64,000 nt of DNA from an uncultured bacterium (GTDB taxonomy: Bacteria > JAJVIF01 > JAPKYR01): assembly GCA_965369865.1 (NCBI GenBank), contig CBDURU010000002.1, positions 32,001 to 96,000 on the forward strand, read 5' to 3'. The translations under genes were made by a program, and so were the position numbers. Under the pieces are notes generated by a model, which did not search any database, was not told where the DNA came from, and saw nothing but the letters and a program-made list of their open reading frames with translations. The first letter of the stretch is position 1. Each line of letters starts with the position of its first letter. Below, piece after piece: positions 8,869 through 17,650 of this stretch.

Positions 8869-10260
8869 TTATGGATACATGCTGCCTATTGTTCTCGGGA
8901 ATGGGATGCACTCACGGACTGAATGTACTCCCGCGAGCCAGGCGACAGTCCTCTCCACTCCAAGTCCGAATCCGCCGTGCGGGTTGGTGCCGTATTTCCG
9001 TAAATCGAGATACCACTTGAACGCTTCCATCGGGAGTTCGTGCTTTTTGATCTGCGCGACAAGAAAATCATGGTCCTCCGCACGCTGCCCGGCGCCGATG
9101 ATCTCCCCGTACCCTTCAGGCGCGAGCATGTCGACCGACATGGTCGTGCGCTCGTCATCCGGATCGGGCTTCATGTAGAACGCTTTGATGTCGCGCGGGA
9201 AATGGTGGACAAAAATCGGACGGTCGTACGGCATCGTCAGTAACGTTTCATCCGGCGCGCCAAACTCCCCACCCCATTCAAATTCGGTACCGAGATCTTC
9301 AATTTCGCGCTTTATCTCAGCCTGGCGGGTCTCATCGCCGGTGGTTTTCAATTCACCCTCAAGCTCAGCAATACGTTTCGGCTTGAGTTCATTAAGTTTT
9401 ATCACCGCATCGTCATAGTGCATTCGTATGAACGGTACTTTTACATTTTCAAGGAATGAAACATCACGCCCGACAATCTCAAGCTCTGGCCGGCATTTTC
9501 GGAGAACCCACTCGATGATGTACATGGTCATCCGTTCCATGAGTTCCATGTTGTCCTCAAGGCTGAACCATGCGATCTCAGGTTCGATATGCCAGAATTC
9601 GGTGAGGTGGCGACGGGTTTTCGATTTTTCCGCACGGAAGGACGGCCCGAACACTACGATTTTCCGGTGCGACATAGCGCCGACTTCGCCATAGAGTTGC
9701 CCGGATTGCGACAGGTAAGCGATATCATCGAAATACGGCACCTCGAAAAGGTCGGATGTCCCCTCGCAAGCGTTCGGTGTGAAAATCGGAGCGTCGAACG
9801 TGATATATCCGTCCTCGTAGAAAAATGTTCGTATCGCGTGGATGACTTCGGACCGAATTCGCATCAATGCCCACGGGCGCTTGGATCGCAGCCACAAATG
9901 CCGGTGCTGGAAAAGGAATCCGGTCCCGTGATCTTTCGGCGTGATCGGGTATTCACTCGCGATCTGTACGATTTCCACACCACCGGATGTCACATGGAGC
10001 TCATACTCGTCCTTCTTCGGATGTTTCGCGACTTTGCCTGAGATCCGTAGCGAAGATTCCTGTGTGAGCGATCCGGCTTTCTCCCAGGTGTCTTCGTCAA
10101 CATCGTTGATCCCGACAATGGCCTGGATGATGCCCATTCCGTCGCGGATTTCAAGGAACTTGAGTTTCTTGCTTTCGCGTTTATTGTAGAGCCAGCCCGT
10201 GAGAGTGACTTCCCGGTCAACAAACTGTGAAATCTTGTCGATTGTTGTTTCGGTCGGCAT
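8869..10260 (-). CDS. asnS: Asparaginyl-tRNA synthetase
   Basis: OB-fold GWL..R, HRHLWLRS, YLSQSGQLY, FRAEKSKTRRHLTEFW, WYLDLRKYG.PHGGFGLGVER. Confidence 0.93.
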   Translation of the reverse strand: MPTETTIDKISQFVDREVTLTGWLYNKRESKKLKFLEIRDGMGIIQAIVGINDVDEDTWEKAGSLTQESSLRISGKVAKHPKKDEYELHVTSGGVEIVQIASEYPITPKDHGTGFLFQHRHLWLRSKRPWALMRIRSEVIHAIRTFFYEDGYITFDAPIFTPNACEGTSDLFEVPYFDDIAYLSQSGQLYGEVGAMSHRKIVVFGPSFRAEKSKTRRHLTEFWHIEPEIAWFSLEDNMELMERMTMYIIEWVLRKCRPELEIVGRDVSFLENVKVPFIRMHYDDAVIKLNELKPKRIAELEGELKTTGDETRQAEIKREIEDLGTEFEWGGEFGAPDETLLTMPYDRPIFVHHFPRDIKAFYMKPDPDDERTTMSVDMLAPEGYGEIIGAGQRAEDHDFLVAQIKKHELPMEAFKWYLDLRKYGTNPHGGFGLGVERTVAWLAGVHSVRECIPFPRTIGSMYP

Positions 10261-10291
10261 TGTTATGAACCTCGATTAAAACGGTACTGGG

Positions 10292-10320
10292 AATATATCA
10301 GAGGGGGGGGGTATGGGCAA
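10292..10320 (-). promoter_or_regulatory. Putative sigma70 promoter of asnS with a C9 tract in the spacer
   Basis: Minus strand TTGCCC-17 nt-TATATT with an extended TG; the spacer contains 9 C (G run at 10303-10311). Confidence 0.5.
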
Positions 10321-10340
10321 GTGTGTGGGAGAGCCAGGGA

Positions 10341-10802
10341 TTAGTTTAATTCATCGTGCACAAGGTGTGGATGCTTCTCCTTTAACCATGCAATGACAAT
10401 CTTCTCTAACTCAATTACTATTTCAGCCAATTCCTCGACTTCTATATCACTCACCACTGTTGGTTCCCAATCATACCTGAGATTATGTCTTGTCTTTCTG
10501 AAACTATCAAGTACATTTGCGAGCTGCTCAACACCGGTGCCTAAAAAATGACGGAATCCTGTCACTGCTGCTTCATGATGCCCCCCAGCCTGAGTCACCC
10601 AGCCTTCAGCACGCAATACTAATTCGCACCACATCATCGCAGCATCATAAAAACCTTTGAACTGACCATATACAGTCTGGCCGGACACACTTGCGTCTTT
10701 AGCGGAAATCAGTGTGCCCTGAATGCGGTTTGATATTTCCCGCCTTGTCGGGTCTACCCGCCTGACAGAATTGTCAACCAGTAATTCGTTCCAATCTCTC
10801 AT
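10341..10802 (-). CDS. HEPN-domain protein (partner of HTH-MNT)
   Basis: YDAA...VLRAEG....GGHH, FRKTRHNLRYD; overlaps the MNT 3' end; ATG at 10802 preferred. Confidence 0.8.
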   Translation of the reverse strand: MRDWNELLVDNSVRRVDPTRREISNRIQGTLISAKDASVSGQTVYGQFKGFYDAAMMWCELVLRAEGWVTQAGGHHEAAVTGFRHFLGTGVEQLANVLDSFRKTRHNLRYDWEPTVVSDIEVEELAEIVIELEKIVIAWLKEKHPHLVHDELN

Positions 10803-11445
10803 TATCACCAACTAAAAAAACTTTTTGTGTTGACATTAACGAACGTACAAAATGATCATTGTTTTCGTACTTTTCCTTCCAAATCCCAGGAGTATAGACT
10901 TTATAATCTATCTGCCGGTTAATCCTCTTCTCAAGATCGGAAATTTCCTTGCTTAATGACCGTTTTGATTGATGACCAATGAAAACAATGTCTATGTCGC
11001 TCTCAGATCTTTGAGTCGAGGTGGCAAAAGACCCATAGACAAAAACACAATCTATGCTAATTAGCTTATTCATCTCTTCTTTGAGAATTCCAAGGCTACC
11101 GATGGCATGTTCAAATATCATTCTCAGACCAGGGATCCAGGGATGTGTCTGCTTCAGCCGGTATGGATAACGCAAAGATTTTTTTAAATCATTTGAGATA
11201 TGAGGTTCAAGTAACCCCATTATCCAGAGTTTAGTCATTTGTTTATGTAGAGCACTTTGACTACAACCAGTAAGTCGCTCAAGGTCACGGGAACCTAACC
11301 ATTCCTTAGGGCGTTTGATGTACTCCCAAAGAAGTTTAACACGCACTGAAGACCCAAATAACACAAACAGCTCCTTTTTGCCAGGGTCTCCTGCAGGCTT
11401 AACTTCGTCATTTGAATTTTCCAAATTACGATTATTTGACCTCAT
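10774..11445 (-). CDS. wHTH + nucleotidyltransferase (MNT) antitoxin
   Basis: LFGSSVRVKLL, HTH-like RDLERLTGCSQSALHKQM, VYGSFA.....ESDIDIVFIG. Start moved to 11445 because the ATG at 11466 lies inside the promoter spacer. Confidence 0.85.
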   Translation of the reverse strand: MRSNNRNLENSNDEVKPAGDPGKKELFVLFGSSVRVKLLWEYIKRPKEWLGSRDLERLTGCSQSALHKQMTKLWIMGLLEPHISNDLKKSLRYPYRLKQTHPWIPGLRMIFEHAIGSLGILKEEMNKLISIDCVFVYGSFATSTQRSESDIDIVFIGHQSKRSLSKEISDLEKRINRQIDYKVYTPGIWKEKYENNDHFVRSLMSTQKVFLVGDNERLERITG

Positions 11446-11454
11446 TATACGATC

Positions 11455-11483
11455 ATTATAAGCCATTTCGCGATCATTGTCAA
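11455..11483 (-). promoter_or_regulatory. Consensus sigma70 promoter for the MNT-HEPN operon
   Basis: Minus strand TTGACA (11483-11478), 17 nt, TATAAT (11460-11455); overlapped by AATGATCG direct repeats. Confidence 0.8.
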
Positions 11484-11494
11484 TCTGTGGAACG

Positions 11495-11977
11495 CTAATC
11501 CCTTTCCCTTAATGCCCTTTCCTTTTCCCTGTCCGATTCCTTCTTCGCGATTACCTCACGCTTCTCGTACTCCCTCCTACCCTTGCAGATTCCTATTTCA
11601 ACTTTCACCAGGTGCTTTTTGAAATACACCCTCAGGGGGATCAGTGTCATCCCCCTTTCATCGGTGGCCTTTTTCATCTTGCGAATTTCGCGCTTGTTGA
11701 GGAGAAGATGCCTTGGACGCCTTGGCGGTAGCGGCTCGATTGTCGCGAATTTGTAATGCGCGATATGCATGTCGAACAGGATAACCTGCCCATCTTTCAC
11801 ACGGGCGTATGAATCGCGCAGGTTCAGGCCTCCGGCACGGATGCTTTTCACTTCCTGTCCGGCAAGGGAAATGCCCGCCTCGAAACGGTCAAGCACATTG
11901 TAATTCCGCAATGCTTTCCGATTAGTGAATGTTGGAAGCCCGGAACTTTTTTCGACTTTTTTATCTTTCTTAGCCAC
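11495..11977 (-). CDS. smpB: SsrA-binding protein
   Basis: NRKA..NY, FEAGISLAGQEVKSIRAG, LLLNKREI, TLIPLRVYFK, KGRREYEKRE. Confidence 0.95.
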   Translation of the reverse strand: MAKKDKKVEKSSGLPTFTNRKALRNYNVLDRFEAGISLAGQEVKSIRAGGLNLRDSYARVKDGQVILFDMHIAHYKFATIEPLPPRRPRHLLLNKREIRKMKKATDERGMTLIPLRVYFKKHLVKVEIGICKGRREYEKREVIAKKESDREKERALRERD

Positions 11978-12084
11978 GATATATCAACCCGATATAATTT
12001 CGGCAATTCGGCAACCCAGTATAGCAATCCTGCCCGAATTCTGCATCGGAACCCCCCTCGCTCTGGTATACTTCGACAACGAAA

Positions 12085-13476
12085 ATGTATACGAAAGTTG
12101 ATAAAACTCATCTTGATAAGCTGCGTTCGATTGTGGGTAATGAATACGTATTAACAGAACCGGAATTCCTGGAACTTGCGTCATCGGATGAAACCGAGGA
12201 CCTATGTTACCCCCCGGAGGTCGTTGTCCGCCCAAGAAAAGCACAGGAGATCGGCGAAATTATGAAACTCGCGAGCGAGGAGAAAATTCCCGTTACCCCC
12301 AGGGGTGGAGGTACAGGACTGTCCGGCGGGTGTCTTCCAGTGCGCGGCGGCATAGTAATTTACATGGACAGATTCCAGGAAATTCCTGAGATCGATGAGG
12401 AGAATCTTTTCGCGACAGTCGAAGCCGGGGTAATTACCGAAACATTCCAGGACGAGGTTGAAAAAGTCGGACTTTTTTACCCGGTCGATCCGGCAAGCAG
12501 GGGAACATGCTTTATCGGCGGTAATATCGCGGAAAATGCAGGTGGACCGAGAGCTGTCAAATACGGGGTTACAAAGGACTGGGTGTATGGCCTTGAGGTG
12601 GTTCTCCCAACCGGGGAAATCATCAATCCCGGCGGGAAACTACTGAAAAACGTGTCCGGATACAATCTCACCCAGCTTTTTATCGGGAGTGAAGGGACAC
12701 TCGGGATTGTCACAAAGGCAACAGTCAAATTAATCGCGAAACCGAAATTCACCGCGGTGCTTCTGGCTGCATTCGACGATCCTTTCAAGGCATGCAAGGC
12801 TGTCCCGGCACTGTTTCATGCGGGGATCGTTCCTTCTGCATGCGAATTTATGGAAGGCGATGTCATGCGGATGGCTGCTGAGCATCTCGAAAAAAATATC
12901 CCCAACTCCGATGCCGCCGCGCAGTTGATGATCGAAATCGACGGCAATGATGAGGCGCGACTGTACGAGGAGATCGAAAAAGCCGGGACGATCTGTGATG
13001 AGGGCGGTGCTATAGATGTCATCCTTGCCGAGTCGGGCCGGAGGGTGAACGAAATCTGGGACGTTCGGAGAGCCGCGGGAGAGGCTGTAAAGGCGCATTC
13101 TGTGTATAAGGAAGAAGATACTGTCGTGCCGCGCGCCAAACTCCCCGATCTGTACGTGGGCGTGAAAGAAATTTGTGAAAGGCACGGGGTTATGAGCGCA
13201 TGTTACGGCCATGCCGGCGATGGTAATCTCCATGTTAATTTGCTGAAAGATACGATGTCGGATGAAGACTGGAACAATAAACTCCCGGATACGATAACTG
13301 AGATTTTTAGATTCTGTATTTCGCTTGGAGGAACAATTTCCGGTGAGCATGGGATCGGATATACGCAGAAATCATATTTACCAATGGCACTTTCAGAGAT
13401 CGAGCTGAATCTGATGCGTGAAATCAAGAAGGTTCTGGATCCTGATGGAATCCTGAATCCGGGGAAGATTTTTTGA
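12085..13476 (+). CDS. FAD-linked oxidase (GlcD/D-lactate dehydrogenase family)
   Basis: PRGGGTGLSGG, DPAS, ENAGGPRAVKYG, GSEGTLG, HAGDGNLH, SGEHGIG, LNPGKIF. Confidence 0.92.
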   Translation: MYTKVDKTHLDKLRSIVGNEYVLTEPEFLELASSDETEDLCYPPEVVVRPRKAQEIGEIMKLASEEKIPVTPRGGGTGLSGGCLPVRGGIVIYMDRFQEIPEIDEENLFATVEAGVITETFQDEVEKVGLFYPVDPASRGTCFIGGNIAENAGGPRAVKYGVTKDWVYGLEVVLPTGEIINPGGKLLKNVSGYNLTQLFIGSEGTLGIVTKATVKLIAKPKFTAVLLAAFDDPFKACKAVPALFHAGIVPSACEFMEGDVMRMAAEHLEKNIPNSDAAAQLMIEIDGNDEARLYEEIEKAGTICDEGGAIDVILAESGRRVNEIWDVRRAAGEAVKAHSVYKEEDTVVPRAKLPDLYVGVKEICERHGVMSACYGHAGDGNLHVNLLKDTMSDEDWNNKLPDTITEIFRFCISLGGTISGEHGIGYTQKSYLPMALSEIELNLMREIKKVLDPDGILNPGKIF

Positions 13477-13520
13477 TGGAGGCGTGCCACCGGAATTGGT
13501 CGATACGAAAAAACGACAAG

Positions 13521-13632
13521 CCGTAGAACAGCACGGCAGTGCGTCTTCCACATTAAAACAATCCATTCGACGCACTGCCGGTCGACGCACTGCCGTGCTG
13601 TTCTACGGTTTTTTCATTTCTCATTTTAATCA
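13521..13632. repeat. GTAG-type REP doublet (copy 1), may also act as terminator
   Basis: ccgtagaacagcacggcagtgcgtc...gacgcactgccgtgctgttctacgg plus T-tract; 15-bp internal duplication at 13567-13596; near-identical to 47143-47241. Confidence 0.85.
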
Positions 13633-13819
13633 TCGATCATCCTGAAATCTATTAATCAATCCGCAGGGGCTAAAAATGGTTAATACCTAGTAGGAGTTAA
13701 AAGCAACCAGAGCGGTCCGGCATCTAAAAATAGCGGGCGAATATGAACCTGACCGGTTCTGCTGTATCTATAATAGGGATTTATTTCAACCCAGCCTGGA
13801 AACATTATTCGGTCATCGG

Positions 13820-16111
13820 TTGATATTTATTGACGATATATTTAGAATACGCCTTTGGTATTTTATGGTTGAGCGACATTCCAATAAATCATTAAAATTA
13901 GCCCGTGCTCCCGGCGGCGATATCCATCATCCCGGACACGCCCAGTTTCATATCCTGAGACTCCTTACAGGCAGCATTATCGGTGGTTGGACGCTTGTCC
14001 TGGTTTTCCTCGCACTCGGGTTCATGGGAAACATAGAATTTACCGAGAGTATGGACCTCGCAATAAACTGGGTGCTGTATGGCGGGACAATTCTGGGTAT
14101 TATCCTCGGGCTTATATTTTCGATCGTGGCCGCACTCCTTACCAGGATATTTCCGATCCTGAGGAGAACAACCCATCCGCTGGCGCTGGTGCGTACCGGA
14201 TTCATCCTCCTGATTGTCTGGACGTTTTTCACGTACGGATTCTGGCCGCACAGTAAGCTGGGATATATCATCGGGCCCTTTCTTGCGTTTCTCGCCGGAC
14301 TTGAATGTATCCGGGTTAATCCGCGTGCGGAACTGGTTCCGCATTCGACAATCGGGCGTGTACTGGGTACCGCGATCGGGCCGTTCATTATTGTGTCCAT
14401 GATTCTCCTGGTCATGGTTCCGATGTTCCAGAGAGGATTCGGGAATTCAAATTCGCCGAAATTAATTATTGTCGCAGTGGATGGAATAGACGGAACCCTT
14501 ACAGAGGAGTTCCTGGGATCAAACGAAAAAGAACGTTATCCAAACCTGGTTGAAATGAAAGAAAATGGGGGAATCGGATCGTTGGCGGCAACATCGCCGA
14601 TCATTTCTGACAGGGCATGGGCCGACCTTATGACCGGGCAGGATTGGGACGGCCACGGAATACTGGATCGCCACAGTACATCCGACGACCTTACCGCTTT
14701 AACCATGTGGGACATTCTCGCGATGAACGGTTACAGGATCGGGTTGTTCCAGATGCTCCCTCCGCACGAGACCAGTCCTGATTTCGAGTTCGATATCCCC
14801 GCATCGGGAACAGCCGAGGAAAAGGACTCGTTAAGTTCTGAAGCGTTGACCGCTGTTAGAATAATAGGGCGGAATCCCGGGCTTGCCGGGGTCGAGGAAA
14901 GCATTCTTGCGGCATGCCAGCTTGCCAGGCTTGGGGTTACGCTTGAGACAATTACCTTAATTGCCGGGGAATACAGCCTTGAGCTCCTTACCGACCAGCA
15001 TTACAGTTTTTCCTATCTTCAAAGAAAGCTCTTAGAATTCCGGGTCGAATCGGATATCGCGATCTCCCGATTGAACAATTACCCTGTCGATGCCGCGTTT
15101 TTGAGATTCACAAGCCTGGAGGATATTTTTCTGACTTACTGGGGATATTCAAAACCGCCGGCATTCGGACCCATCCAGGAAGGAATCGATTCCGCTGTGG
15201 TTGCCGGACTTACTAACGCAATCCCCGATGCTGTCTCCGAGCTGGACAGGCTGGTCGTACGGCTGAAACCGTTTATCGGAGACCAGACAGTCTTTGCGAT
15301 ACTCTCAAATCATGGAGTGCGGTCGACATCCGACATTCGCCGCCAGGAGTATTTTCTTTCACCTGAACGGTTGATCGAGATTCTGGGTCAACCCGGATCG
15401 ATGATCGGCGATGTAAGTTCGAATGGGATAGTCATCAGGATCCCGGGCCTCGATACATCGACTCCTGAATTAACCGAATTTGAAACTTTACTTAACGAGA
15501 CAAAATGGACTCTCGAACCTCCTGATGACCCGAACAATTTTCTCGGTCAACGAGTTTTTTCAGTAACCCGCTATGGCGAAAGCCTTGAGATCAGCCTTCG
15601 CAATTCAGGGGGGATAAATGAAAATGTGTGGATTAAAACCAGCATGCAATCAGCCAATTTTATCGGTCCGATCGATTCGCCGGATCCGGTTTTCGGTTGG
15701 GAGGGGCGGTTATCCGAACTCCTGGCGCCGGGCGAGCAGCCATCGGGACGAATCAACGGGTCGGCGCTCATGATGATCAACGGTCCGCAGTTTAAGGCCG
15801 GTAGTGTGGCGAGCAACCCATTCTTGTTCGATGTAACCGCGACAATTCTTCATGCACTTGGGTTTGGAATTTCATACGATATTCTCGGTCATACCCTGGA
15901 CGAATTATTCAGGCCGCAATGGCTAACAAATCATCCGGTGATTTACGTGGAAAATTACGAACCCGTTGAACCGGAGCCTGTTGAGCTGGATCAGGAATCT
16001 GTTGTAAGTGATGATCTATCGACAGTGACTGAAGACGCGGTGGAGATTTCCGCGGTCGATGATGAGCCTGTAGATATGTCGCTTTTCAGGGAATGGGAAC
16101 GTATCGAGTAG
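13820..16111 (+). CDS. Membrane-anchored alkaline phosphatase/phosphodiesterase superfamily protein
   Basis: About 5 TM helices, then VAVDGID, SPIIS..AWADLMTG, SNHG, DVTATILHALG....G. Start may be 13866. Confidence 0.75.
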   Translation: MIFIDDIFRIRLWYFMVERHSNKSLKLARAPGGDIHHPGHAQFHILRLLTGSIIGGWTLVLVFLALGFMGNIEFTESMDLAINWVLYGGTILGIILGLIFSIVAALLTRIFPILRRTTHPLALVRTGFILLIVWTFFTYGFWPHSKLGYIIGPFLAFLAGLECIRVNPRAELVPHSTIGRVLGTAIGPFIIVSMILLVMVPMFQRGFGNSNSPKLIIVAVDGIDGTLTEEFLGSNEKERYPNLVEMKENGGIGSLAATSPIISDRAWADLMTGQDWDGHGILDRHSTSDDLTALTMWDILAMNGYRIGLFQMLPPHETSPDFEFDIPASGTAEEKDSLSSEALTAVRIIGRNPGLAGVEESILAACQLARLGVTLETITLIAGEYSLELLTDQHYSFSYLQRKLLEFRVESDIAISRLNNYPVDAAFLRFTSLEDIFLTYWGYSKPPAFGPIQEGIDSAVVAGLTNAIPDAVSELDRLVVRLKPFIGDQTVFAILSNHGVRSTSDIRRQEYFLSPERLIEILGQPGSMIGDVSSNGIVIRIPGLDTSTPELTEFETLLNETKWTLEPPDDPNNFLGQRVFSVTRYGESLEISLRNSGGINENVWIKTSMQSANFIGPIDSPDPVFGWEGRLSELLAPGEQPSGRINGSALMMINGPQFKAGSVASNPFLFDVTATILHALGFGISYDILGHTLDELFRPQWLTNHPVIYVENYEPVEPEPVELDQESVVSDDLSTVTEDAVEISAVDDEPVDMSLFREWERIE

Positions 16112-16149
16112 TTAGAGTTGGAATCAGGCCATCGTCCATAGAAAATTTG

Positions 16150-16755
16150 TTAAAGCCCAATTATAAAATATATGAAACGCATAATCGGTGCCATTATTTT
16201 CCATAAGATCCCGGTGAACATTAAAATTATCAGGACAAAAAATCCGTAACGTTTAAAATTATTCCAACCCTCAAGCATGTTCTCCGGGAGAAGACCTTCA
16301 ACGATGTGGCTTCCATCCAGTGGAAATACAGGTAGAAGATTAAAAGCAGCCAGCAAAACATTTATCATTAGGAATATTTCAAGCAACCGACCTTGCGGAT
16401 GGGCTATCACTTCCGGAAACAACCTCACCACAAATGCGAATACTGCAGCGAGAATGATGTTACTTACCGGTCCGGCAATTGCGACAATCATGTAGTCGCG
16501 ACGGGGATGCCGCAAGTTGTATAAATTTACCGGAACCGGTTTCATCCATCCGATACCGAACCCTGAAAATGACATAATAACTAAGAAAATCAGGCCTGTG
16601 GGATCGATGTGCGGGAGTGGGTTGACGGTCATCCGTCCGGCACGCGCGGCGGTGTCATCGCCCAGTTTAAATGCCGCGTATGCATGAGCGAACTCATGAA
16701 ACGATCCTGAGATCAAAAAAGCTATTACCCATAATGGAACTTCCTTGAAATCCAT
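16150..16755 (-). CDS. Site-2 protease (M50)
   Basis: HEFAH, GDDTA..AGRMTVNP, AGPVSN, FNLLPVFPLDG. Confidence 0.93.
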   Translation of the reverse strand: MDFKEVPLWVIAFLISGSFHEFAHAYAAFKLGDDTAARAGRMTVNPLPHIDPTGLIFLVIMSFSGFGIGWMKPVPVNLYNLRHPRRDYMIVAIAGPVSNIILAAVFAFVVRLFPEVIAHPQGRLLEIFLMINVLLAAFNLLPVFPLDGSHIVEGLLPENMLEGWNNFKRYGFFVLIILMFTGILWKIMAPIMRFIYFIIGL

Positions 16756-16773
16756 AAATTCATGCTCCGATAC

Positions 16774-17343
16774 TTACTGCAATAATCCCTCGCGTTTTAA
16801 GAGTTTCGCCAGTTTTTTGAAATCGAGAATGATCGAATCGCGATATTGCGGTCGGTGAAGTGCCGCCGCCGGATGGTACATCGGGAAAAATATTACCCCG
16901 TCCTTGCGCCGTAACGGTTTTCCATGGACGTCCGAAATTTTCAAACCCTTCTTGACCAGCCTTTCAAGCCCGAACCGTCCGAGCGGTACAATAATTTTCG
17001 GTTTTATCAGCGCGACCTGAGCGGCAAGAAATTTACTGCAGTTTTCGAGTTCTTCCGGAAGGGGATCGCGATTGTCGGGGGGACGGCATTTCAGTGTATT
17101 CGCGATAAAAACGATCGATCTCGGAATCCCCGCGTTTGACATCGCGTCGTCCATCAATTTTCCTGCCCGGCCGACAAATGGTACACCAACGCGATCCTCA
17201 TCGGCTACAGGCGCCTCGCCGACAAAAAGCACCTCGGCTTCAGGTGTACCGTCGCCGAACACGGTTTTCGTTCGTGTGTCGGCAAGTTCCTTGCATCGGG
17301 TACATTTGGCAACCTCATCGCGGAGTTCTTCGAAGACACTCAT
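16774..17343 (-). CDS. Uracil-DNA glycosylase family 4
   Basis: CTRC, GEAPV.DED, PFVGRAG, KCRPPDNRDP, YHPAA. Start at MSVFEEL (17343); the longer ORF extension is repeat-derived. Confidence 0.9.
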   Translation of the reverse strand: MSVFEELRDEVAKCTRCKELADTRTKTVFGDGTPEAEVLFVGEAPVADEDRVGVPFVGRAGKLMDDAMSNAGIPRSIVFIANTLKCRPPDNRDPLPEELENCSKFLAAQVALIKPKIIVPLGRFGLERLVKKGLKISDVHGKPLRRKDGVIFFPMYHPAAALHRPQYRDSIILDFKKLAKLLKREGLLQ

Positions 17344-17372
17344 GCCGGGTATTATAGCAGGGATGTATGTCC

Positions 17373-17498
17373 GGGGACACCAGATTTGGTGTCCCCATAA
17401 AAAACCGGCCAAAACCAGGGACACCAGACTTGGTGTCCCCATATAATACCAGGGACACCAATAGTTACAATACCGGGGACACCAAGTCTGGTGTCCCC
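17373..17498. repeat. Cluster of GGGGACACCA-N4-TGGTGTCCCC palindromes
   Basis: Full units at 17373-17396, 17417-17440 and 17475-17498; half unit at 17451-17460. Confidence 0.9.
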
Positions 17499-17650
17499 TT
17501 AAACCGTATATTTTTCTTGCCGAAACAATTCACCACTTATATAATGATTAAATCTGATTGGCAGGCTCCTGGCTTCGAATTACATTGAAAAGTCGGCATG
17601 TAAATCGTCGAATATCGGTCCAATGAGCCTGACAGGGACCGATTGTATTA

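Noticed and set aside
11467..12084. tmRNA (ssrA) beside smpB
   Set aside because: Flanking intergenic spaces are too short and no tRNA-like ends were seen.
17373..17498. Possible CRISPR array
   Set aside because: Spacers are 10-20 nt and irregular, one unit is inverted, and there are no cas genes.
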